Under the pieces are notes generated by a model. The model did no database searches and was not told the origin of the DNA. It saw only the letters and a list, made by a program, of their open reading frames with translations. Position numbers and translations under genes: made by a program. A stretch of 64,000 nt of DNA, from positions 121,970 through 185,969 of the forward strand of contig JAHDYR010000040.1 of the NCBI GenBank assembly GCA_019828565.1. The letters are read 5' to 3'. Below, in pieces: positions 48,602-58,141 of this stretch (its first letter is position 1; the number at the start of each line of letters is the position of its first letter). Source of the stretch: Carpediemonas membranifera BICM. Its lineage: Eukaryota > Protista > Fornicata.

Positions 48602-49749
48602 ATCCTGCACTTTTCCCAAATGACGAATGGAAGTGCCCATAGTGATCCCCATGACGGACTATTCACAATATTTATACCTCAGACACAGTCCACGAGACTT
48701 CTACCGTCCGTGGAGCAGTGCTTATGATGTTGGTTAACTTTCGGTACAGCGCAGAACAAAAAAGAGCCAGAATTCGCTAACGAAGCCGAATTGGGGCTTG
48801 AAAACCCCTTTTTCGGGCACTGTGTAAGAATGGGGCGGATCAGCCCAACGTACCAGAACTTTCTGTATGAGCGATGGCGAAATGCCTAAAAATGCTCGGG
48901 GCCAGAATCCCCGAGTCGAGCGCGAGCCCCAGAGTGCCCGCGAGGGGGCGGGGCTGTGGTACGTCTTTTTTATACTTATACAGGAGCTCCTGAACCCATA
49001 TCTTAATTAGCAGCGCTGCATAGATCTTTTCTGAATCTTTTAGGTATCGTCGACGAATTTTACTTTCATACCTATCCGAAGCGTAATACCTCACTGGGAG
49101 GTTGCAATGAGACGTAATTCCAGAAGTTGGTTGTCGTTGTCCCGCCGATAATTCCAATAGTGGTTCGGCATGAGCGAGCGTAATCCCAAGATCGATTGGT
49201 GGCTCTAGCCCCACGTAATGCCAGATGTTGGTCGTGGTGATGGCCGCGCGACTGCTTGGCCATGGGGGGGAAGTGTAGTCAATATTAATATCTACCAATA
49301 TCCCCGGGAGGGTCCAAACCTCTTTTTACTTGTAAAACCTATCTCTTCCAAGACTACACCGGAGAGGACAAGCTGGCCAACGCAGCGATCAGCGGTGTTC
49401 GTGACCAGTACGGGGCCGTGTCGCCGGTCATGCCCCGATGGACCGGTGCGTCCTGGGTGCTGTTCGCAGGTGGAACCGCGGATGAGGCCGTCAGGGCGTG
49501 GTTCGACCGACCCACAGGTGTTCGCCCGGCCACGTTGAAGGTGACGATCCCAGCCTCGGCGCATCTCCCTCCGTGGTGGAACCTCATGCGGGACAGCGGC
49601 ATACGCGTCCACCTCACCCTCGGCGCGGAGTCCCACACCTTGGTCCTCTCTGGAGTCACAGGAGGAGGCGGGCGAGGGTGCATCAGGTCGGCCCCGGTCG
49701 AAGAGCCAGGAGCAGCTGGCTCTGCGGCTGCAGCGAGTCGCAGGACCGG

Positions 49750-50700
49750 ATCTGTCTGCGCGGTCTGCCAGTTTCCTCGCGACGGGGCTGACGGACGCAA
49801 CGGCTCGGAAGCGCGTCAGTGCTGAGAAGGCCATAATCCGCTTCGCTGCCGAGCGTGGCTGGACGCAGGATGGCGCGGATGCCTGGGTACCGACGGTTGC
49901 CCAGCTCGTTGAGTTTGTTGTCGACTCCGCCGAGACGAAGGGGCTTCGAGGTGAGACGGTAGCCCAGTATCGTGCGAACGTGCGGGAGTTCGCGCGGTCT
50001 CGTGGAGTCGTCGTGTCGGATGAGGATCCGATCTGGCGTGCGCTGGGCCACAAGATTTCGGAACGGAAGCGGGCTGCGAGAACGGACGCGAAGACGAAAT
50101 CGCTCCAGCCAGTCACCGATGAACTCATTGTCGGTCTCGTGATGAAGGCACGTGAGCATGAGAGCTGGTCGGCGCCTTTCCGCAACGTGGCGGTCGCTTT
50201 GTTGCTCAGTTTCGTGGGCTCCCGTGCGAACGAGGCCAATATCGTCGTCCGAGAGGAAGATTTGGACGATCTATCGTCCATCTCCATTCATTTGTCGCAA
50301 CCGAAGCAAGTCGGCAGCAACGGCGTCGAATACGAGCCTTTCCAGTTCACCGAGTCACAACTCGAGTCGGATCAGGGCAAGGAACTGGTCAGATACTGCC
50401 AGGCTCGCAAGGTCAAGCAGGCGGAGTGGGACAAGAAGGGTACGGGCCGCACAGCGGACAAGCGCCTCATCCTCTTCCCCAAGGTCGACGGCAGGATCAT
50501 GCAGCGCCGATCATGGGCGAAGCTCGTCTCGGACGCAACGAAGGAGGTGCAGCCGGGCGTCACATCGCACGCCTTCAGGCGCTCGGTCGCCGACGCAGAG
50601 CACCAGCTCACGGGCAGGCTGAGCCCGGTGATGCGGCGTCTGGGTCAGTCGACCATGGAAGCCGCCCGCAGGTATATCGGTCGAAGTGGTAGTGGTGGAA
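49750..50700 (+). CDS. Tyrosine recombinase of the DIRS-like element
   Basis: GSRANE (R), TSHAFRRS (HxxR), AARRYI (Y); frame is open upstream of GTG 49980. Confidence 0.88.
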
Positions 50701-50846
50701 CATTCCCGGGAGAGCCAGAGTCGCCCAGGCCAGCCTCAGGGCTGCCGGACGGCTCGGCGCCCACCACACCACTAAACCGATCCCCTCGACTTGAGACGAT
50801 TCCGCCGACTCGGCTGAAGTCGCAGTGGGTGAAGCCGGCAACCGTT

Positions 50847-51523
50847 ATGCCTCCAAAAGGCACGAGCAAAGAAGAGAAAGTCTTTAAGATAGGCCAAATC
50901 GTTCAAGAAAGCGTTTGTATCGATATTATGCCGTTATGAAGAACGATGTCTGGAATATGAAGGAATTGGAGGCTACAATCCCGAAGAAGGTCGGAATCAG
51001 CGGAATGCAGCTGAAAGACTTCATCCAGGCGGCGTTAGACGAGGATGTGATCACAACAGAGAAGATTGGCGGTGGACGTTACTACTTTAGGTTCCCAGGA
51101 CTCGCCGTGGCGGAGACAGACAGCAAGCACGAGGCCATCATCGCCGAGGAGACAGAGCTTGGAGGACAATTGGCGGAAACCAAGACGAAACTTGAGCAAG
51201 TGCAAGCTGAACGGGTCGTGAGTGACGATCGTTCATCCAAGCTCGCAGAACTCCACGCCCTGCACGCCAGAGAGAAGGAGATCAACGCTGAGTTGAAGAA
51301 ATACGCAGCCCTTGACCCTGAGCTCCTCCACAAGAAGAGTGTGGGCCGCTCGGCCGCCCTGGACTCCGTCAACCGGTGGACGGACAACACGATGACCCTC
51401 GTCTCTGTCTGCAAGAACCAGTTCGGCATCGACGAGTCTGAGATCAAGAGGGCGATGGGCGTGACGCAGGACTTCGACTTTATTGAAGAGGGCGACCTGA
51501 AGAAGCTCGTCAAGGTGAAATGA
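50847..51523 (+). CDS. MND1: Meiotic nuclear division protein 1, 29-nt intron 50913-50941
   Basis: KELEATIPK.VGI..M..KD..Q...D.......EKIG...YY..FP, coiled coil, NRWTDN motif. Confidence 0.92.
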
Positions 51524-51784
51524 ACAACCGAGTAAACGTATGGCAGCGGATAAACTGCGAGTGTTTATACCGGAGACTATGGTTTTCGTAGTGAGGGAGC
51601 TGGACCGCGAGTGATGAGGGGGCGACTGTTGGGTTGACCCTGGCCATGTCCGGCAATGAAGCATATATCAACAGGCATATTAATTTAAAAGGTAGCATTG
51701 GACAATGCGAGGTCGGCACAACAGCCTCGAGGTCGGCAAGCATGAGAATTTCATCCTGGCATAATCTGCACCAAGAATTGACAG

Positions 51785-53041
51785 ATGTCGACGGAAACAC
51801 CAATCGCGCATTCAGGGATTCAAGACCCACTCGCCTCAGTACGGTTTAGAAATGCAGATAACGTAACCCTTATCAAAACACCTGTGGAAAGCATGGAGGA
51901 GAGCATGGACGGGATGCATGAGCCCGAGCCTCTCCAGGTCTCTCCTGAACCCGAATACAATTATCAACAGGAAGAGGTGGAAGAAATCGAGGAGGGGGAG
52001 AAGATGGAAGAGGAAGAAGAAGAGTTGGAGGAGACTCTCCGCGAGCAAGCCCGCAAAGCCGAAAAATTGCGCGATTTCCTCAATGAGCTGTGCGGCCGCC
52101 TGTACGAGATGGCGCCCAGCTCACCATACGACGTATCTGCCATTGTAGACCACCGCAACATCGTGCCCGACGAGTACTTCTCGGCCGAGCGCTCCTGGAA
52201 GATGCTCAACCCCGTCCTCGCCAACATCCGCGCCACCCTCGACGCATCCCCTGATAACGTTGAATACGGCCGGCCTGATCTGCGTGAGAGCAGGATGATC
52301 CGTGCCCCGCTGGGCGGAGCCATGGAGCGGGCCCGTCGACGGATGGCATGCAGGGGCGTCGGGGTCAGGGGCGGTTTGGTCGAGAGCACGCATGTTCCAG
52401 TATCATTCGAGATGCCTGAGCGGATCCAGAGGCCACCGAAGCCGCAGCAGTTGCAACCGCAGCCTCAGCAGCGCAAGGCAAAGATCGTGGCAAAGCAACC
52501 GAAGCCCAAACCCAAGGTCCCAAAGGCCGAAACCTGGTCAGTCCTGTTCCCGGACGACAAGGTGAAGCGCGCCAAGGCAAAGAGCAGGGCGACCCAGTCT
52601 GCCCCGGCCAAGAAGGTCCGGGCAATCATCGTCGAGCACCCCCCACGGACATCGGTCATTGATGAGATGCAGCAGACTGTCAGGAATAACACAGAGGACA
52701 CCGCAGTGGAGGCTTCTCTGACTGACATTCAGACTGACCTGCAAGACTCCGTGGCGAGTCAGGTAGCGTATCTTCAGAGTCGCGGCCACATGGGCGAATT
52801 GTCGCCGGAGAGCATCCATTCGGCAGACAACGAGTACAGCGTGAGCCGGTGTGTCGAGCCCTCGCTCCTGGGCGACCGGTCGACAATTGTCAGCCACGAG
52901 GGCGCCTCTGCGGCAATTGAGTCACTTGACCGGTCGAACCGTATCCGTGAGGTCGGTTTCCAGGCCATCCACGCCATGGATGATGTGCTCGAGCAGTACA
53001 GGCAGCTCGGTGTCATCGCAAACAGCTCGATTTCCGGATGA
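51785..53041 (+). CDS. Hypothetical protein
   Basis: 418-aa ORF with host-like codon usage and low-complexity segments. Confidence 0.7.
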   Translation: MSTETPIAHSGIQDPLASVRFRNADNVTLIKTPVESMEESMDGMHEPEPLQVSPEPEYNYQQEEVEEIEEGEKMEEEEEELEETLREQARKAEKLRDFLNELCGRLYEMAPSSPYDVSAIVDHRNIVPDEYFSAERSWKMLNPVLANIRATLDASPDNVEYGRPDLRESRMIRAPLGGAMERARRRMACRGVGVRGGLVESTHVPVSFEMPERIQRPPKPQQLQPQPQQRKAKIVAKQPKPKPKVPKAETWSVLFPDDKVKRAKAKSRATQSAPAKKVRAIIVEHPPRTSVIDEMQQTVRNNTEDTAVEASLTDIQTDLQDSVASQVAYLQSRGHMGELSPESIHSADNEYSVSRCVEPSLLGDRSTIVSHEGASAAIESLDRSNRIREVGFQAIHAMDDVLEQYRQLGVIANSSISG

Positions 53042-53092
53042 ATGTTGCCTGAGGTCTACCACGTTCTATCGCCCAGACCATAGTCGCCCAAG

Positions 53093-53449
53093 TCAGTACC
53101 CGGTCTGCCGGTCGGCTCGGAATCCACTAGATGCTAAACCGATCCCCTTCACTTTAGTCAGACCCGCGTGGAGATCCTTAAGCTCACCGCAAATCTCCTC
53201 ATGGGTTATGCCCTGGAGAATCTGGCGCATTGTGCGGTTGCTTTCCCTTTCGATGCCCAGAATGTCACACGCTAGCATCCACTCATGCAGATAGGTGGAA
53301 AAGTCCTTCGTGGGCACGTTTGATAGCGCCACGACACTCTTGATCTCTGCAAATGCGATGTCTGCCAAGCCAGGGTCGACCGGGCAGCCTGGGTTGAAGG
53401 TGATGAGCCTTTCATTTCCCCGTCCTCTCGATGTTGAATGAATCCACAC
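53093..53449 (-). CDS. Hypothetical protein, 5' end unresolved
   Basis: 118-aa frame filling the gap between two plus-strand host genes. Confidence 0.4.
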   Translation of the reverse strand: MWIHSTSRGRGNERLITFNPGCPVDPGLADIAFAEIKSVVALSNVPTKDFSTYLHEWMLACDILGIERESNRTMRQILQGITHEEICGELKDLHAGLTKVKGIGLASSGFRADRQTGY

Positions 53450-53755
53450 CGCGGGCGGGTCACGGCCCGACTGGCAGCACCGACCTGGAGCCGTTCAAGG
53501 AAGAAGTGGAAGGCCGTCAGTGTCCGGCCTCTGTAACGAATTGAGGCGAGGTGGACATCCCGCGTGACGGCCTCTTGTCTCAACTTGTTGGCTGCGGTGC
53601 GGGCCAAGGTAGGCTCGTGTGGCAGCCGCCCAAAAATAGTGATGGTATAAGGCTCGTAAACTCTCGAAGAAAGATCCGTTGTCGTGAATGTTGCGCAGCA
53701 TAAACACTTCGCAGTGAACTGTGCACTAACCTGCGAATTGAGATTTTGGTGAAAT

Positions 53756-55543
53756 ATGCCCAGCACCTCAAAGGGCATGGATCCAGAGGTTATGAAACAG
53801 CTGGGGAAAGAGGGATACACAATATCAGGCAAGATTGGCGAAGGAGCATTCGGGACGATTTGGAATGCGACAAAGAGCGGCGAAGAGGGAAAGAGATACG
53901 CTGTGAAGATTCCTACACCGGAAAAGGGTACAGAATTGCTAATAGAACACGGATTTATTGCCATGAGTTCGTGGTGTCCACACGTGATGGACTGCGAAGA
54001 CATGCTGCCGGGGCGATGGCCTACACCACCCGCCATGGTCATGCCACGAGCCGAAGGCGACCTGATGAAGTTTGAGAGGGGCCGTAGGAAACGGGGCTAC
54101 ATCTACACATGGCGTGAGCTGCAGGAGATGCTGTTTGACATGGTCATGTCATTGGCCGAGATCCATCACGCCGGGATCGTGCACCGCGACATCAAGCCAG
54201 CTAATTTCCTGGTCATGCGCCGCGACGTCTCTGCGCCCGGTCAGTCAGAATACTCGGTCGTCTTGGGAGACTTTGGCATCTCTGTCAAGGTGAATAAGGA
54301 GGAAGAACAACACACGGGCCAAGCCACCGTGGCCTTCCCGACAGCCATAGCCGGGACAGGCAAGTTCCTACCCCCTGAGACGCTGGAGCGAGGCGAGTCC
54401 GGGCAGCATGAGGTCCACCAGAAGGGCGACATCTGGGCACTTGGGATCACACTTTATCTTATGATCTATGGCAAGCACCCCTTCTGTTCTTCCGACCTGA
54501 CTAGGGAAACCGTTGCTGAGTACACAAGGACGCTGAAAGGCAAGACGCTTGAGTTCCCAGACACCATGCGGGAGTTCAAACGCGGCCGGATCAGAGTCCA
54601 CCTGGCAGGGGATGTTCTGGTCAACCCCGAGGAGATAGACGAGAACGACGAGACATACGATAGAGCTTTCCGCAAGTTCGAGGATAACCTCCGGCTGGCT
54701 AATAATTTGATCCGTTCATGCCTGAAGATGAATCATCGAGAGAGGAAATCAGCGCAAGACATCATCAAGGAGCATGTGTTCCGAGTGGGTCTATCAGACA
54801 TTGAGCACAGCAAGCGGGGCCTCGAGGACATGAATCACAGGGTGGAGAATATGAAGCCGGGGATGCTGATGCGGGGGGCGATAACTTTCTCGAGCCACTA
54901 CCATAAGAACGGCAAGTCACAGCTGACCCAGCGAGACATGAGGGCGGCAGACCTGAAGAAGTTCCTGGATGAAATCAAGTTTTGCCCTGAGACGGTGCTC
55001 AGGCTGCTACACAAGGAGAAGGCCGGGAGACGGGCGAGAGCGCTGAAGCGGGAGGAGCAGAAGACTGCGGAAGACGACATGACGACGACAGCTGAGTCGA
55101 CCCAGCTCCCTCAGGAACCAAAGCCAGCTGTCACTATTAATCCAGTGACAGAAGCACCTGCACCCGAGCCCAACCCAGCCCCGGTCCCAGCACAAGTTCG
55201 AGCACCAGCCCCGGTTCAGTGTGTCGTGCCCCGTCCGCAAATGCACATACCGAGCTCACACACCAATCTCCAATTGAATTTATCGTTCCGGAAGCGTCAG
55301 GTGCCTGTGCTGACTCAAGCCAAGGCCGACCCAGTTCTAGTCGACCCCCGCACGTCGATGACTCCAGTGCTGAGTCACGCCAAGGTCAACCTGCAGCAAG
55401 GGTTAGATGTTCAGAATACGCCTAATGTTCATAATGTGACTCGAACTGATTTTACTCGGTTGACGCCGATGAAGAGTGCCAGCCGGCCAAGGTTCTCGTT
55501 ACCACCCTCGACCAAGGTGGATCTCAGTAAATTCAAAAGCTAG
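53756..55543 (+). CDS. Ser/Thr protein kinase
   Basis: IGEGAFG, YAVK, HRDIKPAN, DFG, GT..FLPPE, DIWALG. Confidence 0.95.
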   Translation: MPSTSKGMDPEVMKQLGKEGYTISGKIGEGAFGTIWNATKSGEEGKRYAVKIPTPEKGTELLIEHGFIAMSSWCPHVMDCEDMLPGRWPTPPAMVMPRAEGDLMKFERGRRKRGYIYTWRELQEMLFDMVMSLAEIHHAGIVHRDIKPANFLVMRRDVSAPGQSEYSVVLGDFGISVKVNKEEEQHTGQATVAFPTAIAGTGKFLPPETLERGESGQHEVHQKGDIWALGITLYLMIYGKHPFCSSDLTRETVAEYTRTLKGKTLEFPDTMREFKRGRIRVHLAGDVLVNPEEIDENDETYDRAFRKFEDNLRLANNLIRSCLKMNHRERKSAQDIIKEHVFRVGLSDIEHSKRGLEDMNHRVENMKPGMLMRGAITFSSHYHKNGKSQLTQRDMRAADLKKFLDEIKFCPETVLRLLHKEKAGRRARALKREEQKTAEDDMTTTAESTQLPQEPKPAVTINPVTEAPAPEPNPAPVPAQVRAPAPVQCVVPRPQMHIPSSHTNLQLNLSFRKRQVPVLTQAKADPVLVDPRTSMTPVLSHAKVNLQQGLDVQNTPNVHNVTRTDFTRLTPMKSASRPRFSLPPSTKVDLSKFKS

Positions 55544-55742
55544 AAAAGCAGCTCTGAGCTCTGCGAACGATCGACGAGGACGTTCTTCGAGCAGGTCGAG
55601 CCAAGGTGTCAGCATGAAAATCAGGATTGGACCGATGGCATCCACGTAGAGTGTAACGAGTGATCATGCCGGGCCAGATGACCGGACCAGGTTGTATTGA
55701 GGTTGTTGGCGACTTCGGGGTGCACTTTATGACCAGCTAAAA

Positions 55743-56300
55743 ATGACGACCGCCGAAACGAGGCAAAAAGCGTCGAAGATCATCAGCTGGGTACTGAAAA
55801 TTACTGGGCCATATAGTTCATATCTTGTCAGTTTCGCTATCCTTGCGTTTGCTGTCGGGTGCCTCGTCATTGGCTCCCTTTCGTTTGATCGCGGCCAACT
55901 CCTCCAGACGTACCTATTCGAAGATCAATTCGACTGTACAGTGTTCAAATCCAGCGTTATATCGTGTGATTTCTCCGATTCCTGCGTCTACCGCCTCTTT
56001 GCCGTCGTCTTCTTCCACCCGCCCACCAACCCCGACGCCCTCTACCACGACTCCATATCCCCCACCTGGAACACTAAGTTCACGTGGCGGGCTCGGGCTG
56101 ACCGGGCTCTCGCCTCGATCACGCCCGGTACTGCGGGTCGATGCTCTGTTAACCAGGACGGCCATCCTGTAATGTGGCAGCTAGTGGGGCTGTCTGACAT
56201 CTTCTGGCCAATATCACCCTGGCATGTGGCGGGAGTGCTTGGACTTATTAGTGTCGCTGTGTACCTGGCGCTGTCTTTGTTCGTCTACTACTTCCGGTAA
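55743..56300 (+). CDS. Membrane protein with two predicted transmembrane helices
   Basis: Hydrophobic stretches near both termini with a Cys-containing loop. Confidence 0.7.
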   Translation: MTTAETRQKASKIISWVLKITGPYSSYLVSFAILAFAVGCLVIGSLSFDRGQLLQTYLFEDQFDCTVFKSSVISCDFSDSCVYRLFAVVFFHPPTNPDALYHDSISPTWNTKFTWRARADRALASITPGTAGRCSVNQDGHPVMWQLVGLSDIFWPISPWHVAGVLGLISVAVYLALSLFVYYFR

Positions 56301-56397
56301 GCGAGAAGGGGTGCTGGTTGGCATTAGACTGCGTTAGGCTGACTGACTGACTGGTAGACTGACCTGACTGCGACGGGGCTAATCAAATGATGAAGCG

Positions 56398-57264
56398 ATG
56401 GGTGTGAATAACCAGGTTTTCATCACTGAGGCGCTACAGAGCGATCCTCCCTTGCGCGTTAAGCACGAAACACTTATGAGTTTTAGGAAAGTAGCATTTG
56501 AATTCGGGAATGTTGGCTGCTGCCTCGTTTCACTTGGTGATACTCGCGTTTCGGCCACAGTGACTGCGACGATCGGTGAGCCCCTCCAAAACCAGCAAAA
56601 TGAGGGGAGAATTCTCATTTCCGTGAACGACACAGCTCGCCACGCCACTATGGCGGAGAAGTCTCTTCTCGAGAACCTCCTACAAGCCCATCTCACTCGC
56701 GTCATCACTCGGCTCAACGCGGTGAACAGAGAAGCGCTGGTGATTGCGGACAACAAGGTCTGGATCCTTCGTGTTGACGCGAAGATCCTCAACAACGACG
56801 GCAACCTCACCGACGCTTGCACACTCGCCGCTGTAGCTGCCCTCCGACACTTCCGCCTGCCCATCACAGACGTCACTCACCACGCAGACGGGTCCCAGCG
56901 GGTCAAAGTCATGCCTGCTTCGTCACACGATCCAAGGCCCCTCGACATGCCTGGGGAGCCGCTGTCGTGTTCATTCATGGTCATGCCGACCACACCGCCC
57001 ACTATAGTAGCCGACCCGACCGCGGAGGAGGAGGAGACTGCGGCCTGCTCCCCTGTCACCGTCCTCATCGACGGTGCTGGCCGCTGCTGCGGGCTAATCA
57101 AGCCAGGCGGCCCGCCCATCCCCCCAGACACCATCAGCGCGCTAGTTAAGGCGGCTGATGAGCTCACAAGGCCTCTGTGCAAACGGCTGAGCGATGAGGT
57201 GGCTGTGGACCACCAGCGTCGGAAGGCTGAGATGATCCGCGACGCTCGGATGCGGGATACATGA
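56398..57264 (+). CDS. RRP45: Exosome complex RNase PH-like subunit Rrp45
   Basis: LGDTRV, KVWILRVD..ILNNDGNLTDA..LA.VAAL.HFR.P, DPT..EE. Confidence 0.85.
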   Translation: MGVNNQVFITEALQSDPPLRVKHETLMSFRKVAFEFGNVGCCLVSLGDTRVSATVTATIGEPLQNQQNEGRILISVNDTARHATMAEKSLLENLLQAHLTRVITRLNAVNREALVIADNKVWILRVDAKILNNDGNLTDACTLAAVAALRHFRLPITDVTHHADGSQRVKVMPASSHDPRPLDMPGEPLSCSFMVMPTTPPTIVADPTAEEEETAACSPVTVLIDGAGRCCGLIKPGGPPIPPDTISALVKAADELTRPLCKRLSDEVAVDHQRRKAEMIRDARMRDT

Positions 57265-58141
57265 AGTCAGCGTATGAATACTTTCACAGTAAATACTCTG
57301 CGCGGTTTTTGATCGTTGGGATGGGACGTCCAGGCTTTGCCCGGGCGGGTTGACACGACTGTGGTGCTCAAGCTCCGTCGTGGGCACTGCACCTGCGGGG
57401 GTACGTGGGTCAGTGCCGATGACAAGATGATGGAACCATGGGAGTTGTCGAGGACGGCTGTCCGTCCCTTGGGGCAACCAGGATCAAATCCTGGGGTCGC
57501 GACAGTGTAACGTGTATGGTTTAATGAAAGCAACGAACTTCCGCAGTTTAGGGTCACAACAGCTGCCACGAGCGCTTCGCTCTCGACCAAGAGGCCATGG
57601 GCCGGGTGCCGGACCTTCGCAAGAGGGTTCCGGGATGACTTTTGGCCACCTTGCGTGCCAGTTCCCGGCCTCATTTGCCCAGAGAAAGGTCAATCACGTG
57701 GTATTTAATCGTCGTTGTCGATGCTCACAGTCGCTCGAGTCATGGCAACGAAATGCGCTGTATTTTGCCAATATGGGAGCTATAGCTTTGTAGAACGTCG
57801 AATTAGTGCAAACTATGGGATCAGTCTCTTGGTTTATGTTCGTTATTGTCTTTCGCTTCACGCACTTCTTGGAACGACTTGATCGAGCAAAAACTTCCTC
57901 AGTTACAGCTATTTGACACCAAAATACTCCTGTGCATTGAGATCTAGTCATTTTGCCTTTCTTCTTCTCTGCATATGTGCATCAAGTTCAAAACTGCCTG
58001 CCCGCAACACGCCCTTGAAATCATAATAGCGGTTCACCAGCCAATATTCCACAAACACCCTTGAGACCTCGGCCACGCTATGTCCAGTCCCCTTGCTTCC
58101 GGTAACCTTCAGATCCTTCACTAATCTTGACTTGACTCGGA

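Larger units (their letters stand above)
38445..49358 (+). mobile_element. Chromodomain Ty3/Gypsy element D, 85-bp identical LTRs, with nested element E and a solo LTR
   Basis: LTRs 38445-38529 and 49274-49358 (TGTAGTC...GACTACA); TSD CCGG; PPT GGGGGGGAAG; palindrome AGTACTAGTACT at 38529-38540. Confidence 0.96.
30870..50830 (+). mobile_element. DIRS-like tyrosine-recombinase retrotransposon (about 4.2 kb net) split by Gypsy elements C and D; ends approximate
   Basis: ORF1 30984-31384 rejoins 36192 in frame (RKYS|RMKSK); RT and RNase H 36950-38444 rejoin 49363 in frame; YR 49750-50700; 12-bp inverted match 30894-30905 / 50803-50814. Confidence 0.88.

Noticed and set aside
57440-57505. tRNA gene suggested by a T-arm-like hairpin
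   Set aside because: No D-arm, anticodon arm or acceptor stem at the correct spacing.
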